From: a virus
IMG/VR virus record: IMGVR_UViG_3300035070_002905
Location: 64,001-128,000 of that record
Strand: one strand, 5' to 3'
Length of the DNA stretch: 64,000 nucleotides
Both the position numbers and the translations under genes were made by a program. Positions 1-9,356 of this stretch are shown here, in pieces. Below the pieces are notes generated by a model that did not search any database, was not told where the DNA came from, and saw only the letters and a program-made list of their open reading frames with translations. Position 1 is the stretch's first letter; every line of letters begins with the position of its first letter.

Positions 1-2606
1 TAGCCATAATACGTGTTGTTAGGGCTAGCTAAGCGATTACTCATATCTACTACTAAGTTCGTAGAGGATACATACCTGCATCGGTCTACTAATATGGCAG
101 CGTAATCAAAAGAGTTCGCCTTTATATCCTCCAGGTGCAATCCCATAACTCCTGCGATTCGCAACCCAAAGTCTTGAGTTAAGTTCTCTTCACAGACTAG
201 ACTGAATCCTTTAGCCGTAAAAGAAGTACCTGTGTGTCGGTATATACGGACATCCGTAAGATCGTTATATCCGTCGTATAGAGATTCCTTACTATATACA
301 GTATTTCCTATTACCTGATTAACCTCTAGGAACTCTCCTTTATAATAGTTATCTCTGGCAGGATTAAAGGATCCTATAGTTGCATCCCATATGATCAGTT
401 CGTCGCCTGCGCTTATGCTAGATGCGTCTACTACGTCTATAGACCTCTCCCCTACTTCACCTACGGTAGATGCCAGAGTAGTCACCTGGGTAAGCCAGTT
501 AGAGTCGTCCTCCCCATACCTAAACGCTGTAGTTATAGAATCTCCCGAGATGATAAATCGTACTGAGTCAGAGCCCTCTCCCTTAAAGGCACTACATGGG
601 GTGAGGTCTATTTGAGACGTTATTTTATAGCTTCCAGGAGGAGTATAAACCGATCCTCTAGTATTAATGGCTGCCTGGATAGCTGCAGTATCATCCGTTA
701 CACCATCGCCTACTGCACCGAAGTCCTTAACGTTTACTACATCGGCGAAACGCTGGTTAAGTGCACGAGCCTGCGTAGAGCCTACTGAAAGAATCTCTGC
801 TGCGTTAATCGACTCAGCCGTCTGTGCCGCCGCCTGTGGAGAATCATCTACCCATTGATAGCTATTCCCATCGTTGAACCAGATGTATGTACGTCCAGAT
901 TCTGTATCGTACCAGCGAGCATTGTCTACTGGGTTCTCTGGAGGAGTAGGCTGTACGTATGAACGTGAGTCACTTGCCTCTGAACGAATCTGTGCGATCT
1001 CGGTTAGTACGTTGTTAAGATCCTCTGTACCTAGCTCACCGTTCTGGTAGTGGCTCGACTTGATACATAGTACGTACGCCACGTTATCCGGACGAGTCTC
1101 TGCACCGCCTGCCGCTACGCCAGTACCGTTAGCTACTAGAGCTGAAGTGCCTGCTCCGGTAGGAACCTGACCGATGCCGTAAGGAGTTCCACCTACAGTA
1201 AGATCCATCTCGCCTACAGAAGAGCCTTGCTGACTACCGATTACTCGTGCCTGCATTGTACCAAAGAACTGTAGCGTAGCCACCGTCCAGTACTGATCGC
1301 TGTTAGGGTGTTGCAGACCGCCTGCGCCTAGTACACGCCAGTGACGGTGTGCAGCCAGTTCAGTCGATGCGATTGTTACCAGTGCGTTGTTCGTATTGCC
1401 TGGTACGACTGCCGAAGCGTCAAACCATACGCCACCATCGTCAGAATACTGAAGACGGATCTGGCTAGGCAGGTATTGAGCGCCTAGAGATTCTGCATTG
1501 AACAGAGTGATCGAGTTAACTGTAGTCGGAGCATCGAACGAGTAGCCGATAGACTGATCTGCGAAGTTAACCGTAGTCGTAGTCGATGTATTACCATCCC
1601 ATAGATTCTCTGTAGTACCTGGGAATGTAGTAGTCATCCAGCGGCCTAGCTCGTTGGCAATCAACTGGCTTGGAATCTGCGTAGTATCTGTACCTGCACC
1701 GAAGTCGTAGCATCGTACGAAGTCGCCGCGTGAATCTGGTAGAGTAGCCACTTCCGCTGCAGGGTTACCTGTCAGGAATGTCACTAGCTCTGGGTACATA
1801 GAACGAGTGATCGTTCCACCGATTGTACGCAACCAGCCTGCCGGTACGTTGTTATTCGGGAAGTAACCCATAAAGCCTACCGGTACATCTGCCACGCGTG
1901 TAGCTGCAGGAATACCGATGTGACGTACGCTGATAGTCTCCGAGCGAGGCACGAAGTTAAGCGTCAGGACATTACCTGCCAGACTGTACTCAGTAGTCGA
2001 TAGGATCGAACCGTTACGGATAACAATTACAGATGAACGGCTAGGAGCCTGACGGCTAAGCGTAATGTCACGTGTGTTGTTAGCTGCAGAGAATACATGC
2101 TGCTCTTCGGTGATCTCGTTAACGTTGTACGGGTGGTTAACCTGGCTGATCTGCCATTGCGTACCGTCGAAGATCAACTGGATGTAAGCGTTACGTAGAT
2201 CTAGTACTAGGTCTGTATCGCCTTCAATCGTAGAGCCTGTAGGTATAACCGTTACTGGACTTACTGCGAAAGACGAGTCTCGGTCGGCTACTGCTACTAG
2301 ATTACCTACTACTGGATTAGCCGGTAGCGTGATTGTGATACCACCTGCAGCCATGTAGCCGATCTTATCGGTAGCCGTTACGTCGGCATCGGCGTTAATC
2401 CATGATAGGCCCTGTGGAGGTAGGCTAGACCACTGGATGCCGCTATCACCGCCTCCAGAAAATGCTTCCAGGAATTTACCGCCCTGGCCGGCGTATCCCG
2501 GAGCATCGTTAAGATCACTCCAGTTTAGTACCGCTTTGACTTCCGTGCGGATATGCTCCAGAAGTTCGTCGGATATGGTAGAAATACCAACTCTTGTATT
2601 TGCCAT
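1..2606 (-). CDS. Tail fibre/tailspike, partial (runs off the left edge): tail-collar domain, discoidin-like insert, start of a pectin-lyase-like beta-helix
   Basis: Absent from the ORF track, consistent with no stop in the window. ATG at 2606 with AAGGAG RBS. Manual translation gives MANTRVGIST..., collar motif VPVGFMGYFPNNNVPAGWL...YPEL...LPDSRGDFVR, and tailspike motif VVNVKDFGAVGDGVTDDTAAIQAAIN in the same frame. Confidence 0.85.
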   Translation of the reverse strand, partial: MANTRVGISTISDELLEHIRTEVKAVLNWSDLNDAPGYAGQGGKFLEAFSGGGDSGIQWSSLPPQGLSWINADADVTATDKIGYMAAGGITITLPANPVVGNLVAVADRDSSFAVSPVTVIPTGSTIEGDTDLVLDLRNAYIQLIFDGTQWQISQVNHPYNVNEITEEQHVFSAANNTRDITLSRQAPSRSSVIVIRNGSILSTTEYSLAGNVLTLNFVPRSETISVRHIGIPAATRVADVPVGFMGYFPNNNVPAGWLRTIGGTITRSMYPELVTFLTGNPAAEVATLPDSRGDFVRCYDFGAGTDTTQIPSQLIANELGRWMTTTFPGTTENLWDGNTSTTTTVNFADQSIGYSFDAPTTVNSITLFNAESLGAQYLPSQIRLQYSDDGGVWFDASAVVPGNTNNALVTIASTELAAHRHWRVLGAGGLQHPNSDQYWTVATLQFFGTMQARVIGSQQGSSVGEMDLTVGGTPYGIGQVPTGAGTSALVANGTGVAAGGAETRPDNVAYVLCIKSSHYQNGELGTEDLNNVLTEIAQIRSEASDSRSYVQPTPPENPVDNARWYDTESGRTYIWFNDGNSYQWVDDSPQAAAQTAESINAAEILSVGSTQARALNQRFADVVNVKDFGAVGDGVTDDTAAIQAAINTRGSVYTPPGSYKITSQIDLTPCSAFKGEGSDSVRFIISGDSITTAFRYGEDDSNWLTQVTTLASTVGEVGERSIDVVDASSISAGDELIIWDATIGSFNPARDNYYKGEFLEVNQVIGNTVYSKESLYDGYNDLTDVRIYRHTGTSFTAKGFSLVCEENLTQDFGLRIAGVMGLHLEDIKANSFDYAAILVDRCRYVSSTNLVVDMSNRLASPNNTYYG

Positions 2607-2643
2607 TCTTGGCTCCTTTAGTTACGTTGCGCGCGCTATACTC

Positions 2644-2650
2644 TATTTTA
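2644..2650 (-). promoter_or_regulatory. Candidate late promoter TAAAATA
   Basis: Same heptamer recurs upstream of several virion/packaging gene blocks. Confidence 0.6.
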
Positions 2651-2668
2651 CACATAATAGGGATTTCG

Positions 2669-2676
2669 GTTATAAG
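2669..2676 (+). promoter_or_regulatory. Candidate early/middle promoter -10-like element GTTATAAG
   Basis: Same octamer heads the plus-strand blocks at 26225 and 60869. Confidence 0.55.
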
Positions 2677-2719
2677 TGATATAGAGAGGGACATGATAAC
2701 GACTATCTATGGAGGATTG

Positions 2720-3217
2720 ATGGATCATACTGAATATTACCTAGGGATCGACCCTGCATGGAAGACCTGTGCGGTAGCCTTGATGAACGATCGTAATGAA
2801 GTCATTAAGTCTATCGTACTGGACCCGTCTACCATGGAGATGGCCGAGGTTCCCGATGTAGTAGAAGCTTGGCTGGGAGGTGGATTCCACCAGATTATCG
2901 GCTGCTGCATGGAGCGTTTCGTCTACTATGAAGGCGTGCACAATCCAGACAGCGAGCGGATTCTGATGGTAATCGGCCAGCTACAATATTGGTTACGCAC
3001 TAAGAACATTCCCTGTACGCTCTGGAGAGCATACGATTGGAAGAGTCGTCTTAGTAAGCACTTATTTAAAGAACGGGATTTCCGTAATCCCAGTGATCGC
3101 TTCGATAAGGTATTCTCAGTGGCAGCTGCAGAATGTTGTACCGGCGTGAAATTCGAAACAGACCACGAGGCCGATGCAGGATGCTTGGCCTATCTAGCAG
3201 GAGCTATGTATGCATAA
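2720..3217 (+). CDS. RuvC-like Holliday junction resolvase
   Basis: YLGIDPA, central ME, C-terminal DHEADA acidic motifs of the RuvC/RNase H fold; GGAGG RBS before ATG 2720. Confidence 0.75.
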   Translation: MDHTEYYLGIDPAWKTCAVALMNDRNEVIKSIVLDPSTMEMAEVPDVVEAWLGGGFHQIIGCCMERFVYYEGVHNPDSERILMVIGQLQYWLRTKNIPCTLWRAYDWKSRLSKHLFKERDFRNPSDRFDKVFSVAAAECCTGVKFETDHEADAGCLAYLAGAMYA

Positions 3218-3920
3218 GTTTACTGAGTACCAAGGACGAGTACTCAATAGTGTAGAATACAACGGCGTGCCTTACGCGCGCATGGGCGATATCATCGAGT
3301 GCATTGTACCGGGCGGCTGGTCGGACTACGAGCAGGTACTCAACTCGGATCAGGGTCTCATCGAAGATCTCGACTTGATATATCTACCGGATGATGTATT
3401 CTGTGAAGCTGATGGCTGGCACATTCCAGTCAGTAAAATAAGCTGCTGGTTATTCACCATTAAAGTCCGCGACTGCGATGACGATATGCAGGATCGCTTC
3501 CGTACCTTCCGACGTGACTGTGAGAAATCCTTTCGAGTCACTTGGGGTATGGACGTCGAGGACGTACGGGTACGCGTGCGCGAGATGCCCTTCCAGGAGC
3601 AGGCGTCTTACGAGGAGCTACTCTGGGCCTTCCGATCTCTAGGAGTTCCAGTAGAAGATGAACCTGATGAGTTAATCATCTACGACGTACTAACTAATCT
3701 CGCCTCGCATAGTGAATGCGGACGGGCTGGACAGAAACTGGCAGACATGCTGACGTACATCGACGACCTTCCCGGTGGCGAGTACATCTTGGAATACATT
3801 GAAAACTACTTACTAAATCGCCTACCGGACTCGGTGGATCTGCAGGACTTCCTTGAAGAGCTAGACCGCCGCGTATCGTTTATGGCAAGCCAATTCATAG
3901 GAGAAACAAATGCAAAATAA
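3210..3920 (+). CDS. Antirepressor-like protein (P22_AR_N-like N-terminal domain)
   Basis: VEYNGVPYARM..II...W...IPVSKISCWLFTI...RRDC pattern resembles the P22 Ant N-terminal domain. Confidence 0.55.
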   Translation: MHKFTEYQGRVLNSVEYNGVPYARMGDIIECIVPGGWSDYEQVLNSDQGLIEDLDLIYLPDDVFCEADGWHIPVSKISCWLFTIKVRDCDDDMQDRFRTFRRDCEKSFRVTWGMDVEDVRVRVREMPFQEQASYEELLWAFRSLGVPVEDEPDELIIYDVLTNLASHSECGRAGQKLADMLTYIDDLPGGEYILEYIENYLLNRLPDSVDLQDFLEELDRRVSFMASQFIGETNAK

Positions 3921-4491
3921 GATTCACGATATCATGGACCACGCCTGGGATCATCCTGCAGTGGACGAAGTACACACCATGCGAGTTGGCTTAATCACAA
4001 ACACCGTTGGACAGGCTCGTCCTGTCGTCATTACAGATCTAGATGATATTATGTTAGAAGAACCTAAAGTGGACCTCTCTAAGATCATCGAAGAACTGCC
4101 TCTAATCGTACACTTCGGTGTCGACCATCTTATCGCTGTACTAATCGTCTTGGACGCTGACTCTGGTAAAATTCAGTGCTATCCTTTCAGTAATGATAAT
4201 GAACATAACAAATGGTTCGTCTACGATATCGCGTTCGACATTGTCGATCATGATAAAGTGGAAGTCCGTCCAGTTCATCCATGGGTCACTGTTGCAGATG
4301 ATCTTTACCAAGAAACTTACGAGCATATGGAGGCATTAGCATCTGTATGTATGTCATTCCTCACTCGATTGGGTGAAGGGACTCTAGTAGAATCAGAGGA
4401 TAACTTCGAGCGACTCAATAAGAAGCGCACGAAGAATGGGAAATTTCCTCGACGACCTAATTGGAACTTAATATGTGGAAGCCAAGTTTAG
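3910..4491 (+). CDS. Hypothetical protein
   Basis: 193 aa ORF, AGGAG RBS, overlaps the upstream stop. Confidence 0.7.
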   Translation: MQNKIHDIMDHAWDHPAVDEVHTMRVGLITNTVGQARPVVITDLDDIMLEEPKVDLSKIIEELPLIVHFGVDHLIAVLIVLDADSGKIQCYPFSNDNEHNKWFVYDIAFDIVDHDKVEVRPVHPWVTVADDLYQETYEHMEALASVCMSFLTRLGEGTLVESEDNFERLNKKRTKNGKFPRRPNWNLICGSQV

Positions 4492-5162
4492 AATTTACTT
4501 TACGATTGAAATGGTTTACTTTTACTACTAAGATCGTTCACATGTACCGCAAGGTACGTGACAAGGTGATGAACTATATCACTAAGCACGACCTTGAAGA
4601 GTGCAACGGAACTTCTATGGCTGCGGCATTCGCTGGCGGCACATGCGTAGGTATTACTGCAACTTCAAACCATGCAGGGAACCGTGATGTCACGGTACCT
4701 GCGGGTATTCTACTAGGCGCTGGCGCTGTGGTAGGAACTATTGCTATGCTCTGCTGGGGTAGAATGCCGGGGAGCAAGAGAGAGCTTACAGAGGAAGAGT
4801 GGGATACCGCTCTGCAGATAGTCGGAATGACTAACCTGACCTGTGTAGCTACTACTATGCCTAAGCACGTCGATATTGCATACGCTATGGTTACCGGAAC
4901 CAGTCTCCTGGAGATTGACGACGAGGAACTACGCGATCGATTCATGCCTAAAGAGGAGGAGCCGGATTTCGATGAAAGTAACTTCTTCATGAGCGACGAT
5001 GACGACGAAGAAGATGACGAGGACGACTGGAAGAGTACGCCTAAGAAATCGAAAAGAAAAATGAACTTGGACTGGGACTTCCCAATTAAAGATCCAGATG
5101 ACTACAGGGAAAGTAAGTTAGAGGATAAATACTCAGGAGATAAATCATGGCTAGTGATCTAA
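4461..5162 (+). CDS. Hypothetical protein, hydrophobic segment and acidic tail (start uncertain)
   Basis: ORF within the co-directional cluster. Confidence 0.65.
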   Translation: MELNMWKPSLEFTLRLKWFTFTTKIVHMYRKVRDKVMNYITKHDLEECNGTSMAAAFAGGTCVGITATSNHAGNRDVTVPAGILLGAGAVVGTIAMLCWGRMPGSKRELTEEEWDTALQIVGMTNLTCVATTMPKHVDIAYAMVTGTSLLEIDDEELRDRFMPKEEEPDFDESNFFMSDDDDEEDDEDDWKSTPKKSKRKMNLDWDFPIKDPDDYRESKLEDKYSGDKSWLVI

Positions 5163-5674
5163 AAACCTACCTACCTGTAGAACTCAAGCGCTACCGCAGA
5201 CGTTACGCATTCCGCTCTAAGCGAGATGACGATGGACGTCAGGAATACGTGATTAAGTTCAAAGGGTGGAACGGAGAGTTAACTAAAAAGATGACTCAAG
5301 CAGAAGCTCGAAAGTTCTGTACCACGTATTCTAATGGGGTAATGAAGCATGCAGTAGAGTGTGCTCCATATCACGAACACGGGCGTGAGGCCTTTAGAAC
5401 TCGTAAGGTAATTGGAGATCCGGTGATCGGTACTCTGATGCGGTCGTTTAAAAATATGGCCGTAGAAGAGACCGAGAAGAAGGATTCGAAAGACAAAGCA
5501 AAGGAGATGCTTAATGATAATCGGAATAGCGGGACCAGCAAAGGCGGGGAAGGACACAGTAGCGGCGATGATCGGGTGGCAGACGACGAGTTTCGCCGAT
5601 CCTCTAAAAGAGGTTACCGCTCTAACCTTCGACATTCCTCGCGAGGACCTAGAGACTCAGGAGGGGAAGGCTAG
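5147..5674 (+). CDS. Hypothetical basic protein
   Basis: AGGAG RBS; 3' end overlaps the kinase gene by about 160 nt. Confidence 0.6.
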   Translation: MASDLKTYLPVELKRYRRRYAFRSKRDDDGRQEYVIKFKGWNGELTKKMTQAEARKFCTTYSNGVMKHAVECAPYHEHGREAFRTRKVIGDPVIGTLMRSFKNMAVEETEKKDSKDKAKEMLNDNRNSGTSKGGEGHSSGDDRVADDEFRRSSKRGYRSNLRHSSRGPRDSGGEG

Positions 5675-6140
5675 TAAGCATCCTAACGGATTCGGCTTTA
5701 CTAACCGCGAGCTGCTCCAGATGGTCGGTACGGATATGTTCCGTAAGGTAATTCACAACGACGTGTGGACGGAGAAATTCAAACGCACCATTAGCAGTGG
5801 AGGTAATTGGATTGTTCCTGATGTACGCTTTGATGGAGAAGCTCAGACTATTCTGGATGCAGGTGGAATCATTCTTGACGTGGTACCGGGATACGACGGA
5901 TATGAAGAAATTCCTGGTACTCATAGCAGTGAAGCTGGTATTAATCCTGATCTGGTTAATTATCGTATATACAATGATTCTTCCATAGACGATCTACAGC
6001 ACCGTACCTGGGAGACTTGCTGGGCGCTGAACATTCAGTTCCCCGGCGAGTTCGATGAAGTACTCCGTACGATGAATATGGATGATCCTGTAATGGACGG
6101 CTGGGTGGAGGCTCTACATGAAGCACAAGACATGGCTTAA
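5514..6140 (+). CDS. Deoxynucleoside monophosphate kinase
   Basis: P-loop GPAKAGKDT, FADPLKE, RELLQMVGTD and DVRF motifs of T4 gp1/T5-type dNMP kinases. Confidence 0.9.
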   Translation: MIIGIAGPAKAGKDTVAAMIGWQTTSFADPLKEVTALTFDIPREDLETQEGKASKHPNGFGFTNRELLQMVGTDMFRKVIHNDVWTEKFKRTISSGGNWIVPDVRFDGEAQTILDAGGIILDVVPGYDGYEEIPGTHSSEAGINPDLVNYRIYNDSSIDDLQHRTWETCWALNIQFPGEFDEVLRTMNMDDPVMDGWVEALHEAQDMA

Positions 6141-6594
6141 GTGCGCTCAGGCGGTAGCTGAGGATTCTAAGTGTATCTCGATGAAGGTAGGTTGTGTGCT
6201 CGTTAGCGATGGGCATGTGATCTCTACTGGATATAATGGTTCGGCTAAGGGCGATCATAACTGTTCGGATGTCCACAAGGAACGTGGCCCCGAGCATTCT
6301 GATTGGTCGAATAAGTTCGAGATTCACTCGGAGATGAATGCCATCATCCACTGTCCGGTGAGTACTTACGGTATGATTGCATACGTAACGCATTCTCCGT
6401 GTTGGAACTGTACTAAGCATCTGGTGGCGGCCGGTGCTAAGTCCATTCACTTCATGGAGATGTACTACCGTATGGATCCCGACGAGTGGTCTGAGGTAAT
6501 CGACTATTGTAAGCGTATGGGCGTAACGCTAGTTCAGTGGAAGGATAGCTTTCTTCCTGAGAAGATCTGGGTGAGTAAGGTGGAAGCATGTTAG
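6118..6594 (+). CDS. dCMP deaminase
   Basis: KVGCVLV, TGYNG, HSEMNAI, SPCWNC zinc deaminase motifs. Confidence 0.9.
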   Translation: MKHKTWLKCAQAVAEDSKCISMKVGCVLVSDGHVISTGYNGSAKGDHNCSDVHKERGPEHSDWSNKFEIHSEMNAIIHCPVSTYGMIAYVTHSPCWNCTKHLVAAGAKSIHFMEMYYRMDPDEWSEVIDYCKRMGVTLVQWKDSFLPEKIWVSKVEAC

Positions 6595-6911
6595 GATTCG
6601 TAGACAAGCTAATCGATTCTCTCCCGGATATGATGATTGAACATGAGTACTATAGCCATACCTTTAGCGATGGTACGGTTACTCTTCAGATCAACTCATG
6701 GAACTATTACAACGAGGCGGATAATGACGCTCCTCGTGTAGTAGGTAGTTCCAATTGTACAAGTGATATGGGTATCGAACTGACTCTGTTTATAGATAGA
6801 GCCAACATTACTCGCAAACTTAGTCAATCTGAGATAGAGCGTATATCTAATGCGGCTATCGATATGGTTGAAGATGATGTTAACAATAAGATGGAGAAAT
6901 GGCTATGCTAA
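6588..6911 (+). CDS. Hypothetical protein
   Basis: Coupled ORF in the operon. Confidence 0.65.
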   Translation: MLGFVDKLIDSLPDMMIEHEYYSHTFSDGTVTLQINSWNYYNEADNDAPRVVGSSNCTSDMGIELTLFIDRANITRKLSQSEIERISNAAIDMVEDDVNNKMEKWLC

Positions 6912-7135
6912 TTCTAATGCAGCTAACTGTAATTATCGCAAGTGTACTATCTAGTGCCCTGTGCTTTCAAAAGGCATGGAGTGCAGAGGGCCACGACTGG
7001 TTCTCTCTATGGAATATCCTAGCGTTTATCGTCCCTATGGTCATGTTCGCTCTAATGGGTCTGGGCAACGGGTTGATGGTTCCTCTACTTCTACTGGCTC
7101 ACTCGTATTCTGAGAAGCTGTGGGAGAGAGGCTAA
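6899..7135 (+). CDS. Small membrane protein
   Basis: Hydrophobic helices, GGAG RBS. Confidence 0.6.
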   Translation: MAMLILMQLTVIIASVLSSALCFQKAWSAEGHDWFSLWNILAFIVPMVMFALMGLGNGLMVPLLLLAHSYSEKLWERG

Positions 7136-7263
7136 TGGGTATGCTACTCGGCGTATTTATTCTAGTGCTATTCGTGTACTTTTTACTGGTCAAGATGAAG
7201 GGAGGAAAGGTAGTCTCAGGGAACTGGGACTGCGGAGATGATGACGACTACAAGGGATATTAA
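7135..7263 (+). CDS. Small membrane protein (42 aa, below track cutoff)
   Basis: TAATG coupling; MGMLLGVFILVLFVYFLLVKMKGG... Confidence 0.55.
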   Translation: MGMLLGVFILVLFVYFLLVKMKGGKVVSGNWDCGDDDDYKGY

Positions 7264-7345
7264 AGAAAGACGCAGGGCCCTTCTGGGCCTTGCAATTACG
7301 TGCATGTTTTTATTTGGTGCTGCATGGGCATGCGGAATGAGCTAA
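7241..7345 (+). CDS. Small membrane peptide (34 aa)
   Basis: GGAG RBS; MTTTRDIKERRRALLGLAITCMFLFGAAWACGMS fills the gap. Confidence 0.4.
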   Translation: MTTTRDIKERRRALLGLAITCMFLFGAAWACGMS

Positions 7346-7358
7346 TTGGAGTAATACT

Positions 7359-7628
7359 ATGAATTTACGATTAGACAATCGTCGAGTGTCTTGTAACGAA
7401 CTTAAGGTACACGGCGTTATTTACCATATGTTCTCTGTATGGTTTTCACAGGATGAGATAGACGATGGTCTACATCGTAGAGTCAAAGGATTGACTGGAC
7501 AGTACTTCTACTCGGTTGTAGACGGCCCTTCAGGTTGCTTAGATCGACAGGATAGCGGGCAGTCGTTTACCTTTGGTACGCTGCGTAAACATGAGATCAA
7601 ATCTCTAGGAGAGCTACGTGGCAATTAA
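7359..7628 (+). CDS. Hypothetical protein
   Basis: GGAG RBS, 89 aa. Confidence 0.65.
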   Translation: MNLRLDNRRVSCNELKVHGVIYHMFSVWFSQDEIDDGLHRRVKGLTGQYFYSVVDGPSGCLDRQDSGQSFTFGTLRKHEIKSLGELRGN

Positions 7629-8031
7629 ACTGTATAGCGCATTAGACACCGATATCATCTGCACTACCTTTATTGAAGGTGTACGCGTAGACTTCGGATG
7701 GCATGAGGATATGCATCCTCCTACACACTATTCCATAGACTACGATGGAGAGATCTACATAGGTACTCATGCATTCTGGATTGCATCTGAGCCTCATGAG
7801 CTTGATGATGACGGAGACCTGGTTGTCAACTGGAACGAGATGAGTGAGGATGGACATCAGGTTAGTCTAATAGGTAAGTGGGGTGAATTTAATACCGGCC
7901 TGTACGGCGAGCTTACTCTGGTAGATGTCGAAGGTCCTCCTATTATCGAAATAACTAAATACGGAGAGGCGGAGAAATGTAACTGCGCCGACTGCCGACG
8001 AGAGAGGGAGACCGAAGATGGGGATGTATGA
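7618..8031 (+). CDS. Acidic hypothetical protein with C-terminal CxCxxC (paralog 1)
   Basis: Shares DIICTT.IEG.R.DF.W and PPTH...DYDGE with the next gene. Confidence 0.7.
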   Translation: MAIKLYSALDTDIICTTFIEGVRVDFGWHEDMHPPTHYSIDYDGEIYIGTHAFWIASEPHELDDDGDLVVNWNEMSEDGHQVSLIGKWGEFNTGLYGELTLVDVEGPPIIEITKYGEAEKCNCADCRRERETEDGDV

Positions 8032-8449
8032 CGCCCAGCCAGATGACATTATCTGCACTACCGTTATCGAAGGTAAGCGAATCGACTTCGCCTGGCCTGA
8101 AGATCTATTGCCTCCAACTCACTTTAACTTTGACTACGACGGAGAGTTCATCGTAGGCAATTATCCTTTCTATGATCCGGATCGCCCTCACCATGAAAGT
8201 AGTCTATCCACTAACTGGGCTACAAGAGACGGTCTCTCATTTATGGATGGGTACCTTGCTACCGGCGTAGGATACACTAACATAGAGAACTCTGCACTTA
8301 GCGGTGAGATTACTCTGGTAGAAGTCGAGGAAGATACTCTTATCCAGTATGCCGAGGGCACTTCTAAGAGGGAGGAAGTCTCCTGTGAGTGTCCGGACTG
8401 TCGACCTGATATGCATGCCAGCGATGAGAACTATGCGTTAGGCGCATAG
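8018..8449 (+). CDS. Acidic hypothetical protein with C-terminal CxCxxC (paralog 2)
   Basis: Paralog of 7618..8031. Confidence 0.7.
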   Translation: MGMYDAQPDDIICTTVIEGKRIDFAWPEDLLPPTHFNFDYDGEFIVGNYPFYDPDRPHHESSLSTNWATRDGLSFMDGYLATGVGYTNIENSALSGEITLVEVEEDTLIQYAEGTSKREEVSCECPDCRPDMHASDENYALGA

Positions 8450-8450
8450 C

Positions 8451-8479
8451 AAAAGAGCCTCACTAGGAGGCTCTTTTTT
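8451..8479. terminator. Bidirectional intrinsic terminator
   Basis: AAAAGAGCCTC-actag-GAGGCTCTTTTTT between convergent genes. Confidence 0.85.
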
Positions 8480-8482
8480 AGC

Positions 8483-8875
8483 TTATGGGATAAGTTCCCA
8501 GTGCGGTAGATCGTTAAACTTCTGATCAGTCGTACGTTTATCACCATCCCAGTCACCACCGTATCGAACTTTGATACCCAACTCTTCAGCTACGCGGAAT
8601 ACGTAACCTGCAAATAGGTAGAATCGTCCTAGGTCGTCCCAATCGATAGGATATGGCGCCACGTCTACTGCAATCGAAGGAGAAGTGTTGTGCTTACTCT
8701 CTGGATACTTCAACTTACTCTTACCAGTATAATACGCCTGGTTCTGTTCGTCTTCTCCACGCTCTCCGCAGAGGATACTACAGTCGAAAGTCTTAACGAC
8801 TTCCTGGAAGAGGCGCTGGAGGTCTGGATGACAGGTCTCTAGACGCGCTCTACTTGATTTTCCGAATTTTGCCAT
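8483..8875 (-). CDS. Endolysin, M15 family L-Ala-D-Glu peptidase (T5 lysin-like)
   Basis: HPDL, R...EQ, SKH...AVD, GGDW, DLPHWEL motifs; AGGAG RBS before ATG 8875. Confidence 0.9.
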   Translation of the reverse strand: MAKFGKSSRARLETCHPDLQRLFQEVVKTFDCSILCGERGEDEQNQAYYTGKSKLKYPESKHNTSPSIAVDVAPYPIDWDDLGRFYLFAGYVFRVAEELGIKVRYGGDWDGDKRTTDQKFNDLPHWELIP

Positions 8876-8963
8876 TATGTCACTCCTGGGCGGCAGCCCT
8901 CTGTAAGCCATTCTAAGAGACTTTGGCCCTAAGGCATGCCATTGGTCACCTTAGGGTCTAATC

Positions 8964-9356
8964 TCATCGTGCTGGCGTTTCTGGAAGCGCTGGATAGGTC
9001 TCTACGACCTCTGGAGCCTCCAAGTTGTATTCGATTAGAAGTAGATCAAATGCTGACTTCATGACGGTGATTACGTCATCGGCCAGAGCTTCAGTTGAAA
9101 CCCATTTTTTAGCATCTGTGTACTTACATAATCGCTTGCCAAAGTTACTAGTCCAGTCGGTACTGTAGTCGGGATACTTGGCGATCTCGTCAAGGTGCCC
9201 AACTACCTGCCAATCGAGTAAACTGCCGTCTAGATCCACAGTCCACAGAAAGATATTCCGTGGAAAGTCTACTTCACTATTCGTATCGTCTACTACGGCT
9301 TCTACCAACCACTGACCCGAGTCAAAGCTCTTCGTGATAGTTAGATAGTTTGCCAT
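8964..9356 (-). CDS. Hypothetical virion-module protein
   Basis: TAATG coupling to the upstream gene. Confidence 0.6.
   Translation of the reverse strand: MANYLTITKSFDSGQWLVEAVVDDTNSEVDFPRNIFLWTVDLDGSLLDWQVVGHLDEIAKYPDYSTDWTSNFGKRLCKYTDAKKWVSTEALADDVITVMKSAFDLLLIEYNLEAPEVVETYPALPETPAR

Noticed and set aside
391-2679. Plus-strand ORFs 391..615, 667..858 and 2437..2679
   Set aside because: Antisense shadows of the minus-strand tail fibre gene.
4574-6450. Minus-strand ORFs such as 4574..4990, 5279..5635 and 5956..6450
   Set aside because: Antisense to well-supported genes, with no RBS or motifs; the same applies to most short opposite-strand ORFs in the track.
7272-7293. Hairpin GCAGGGCCC-ttct-GGGCCTTGC as a terminator
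   Set aside because: No adjacent U tract, and it lies within a plausible small ORF (7241-7345).
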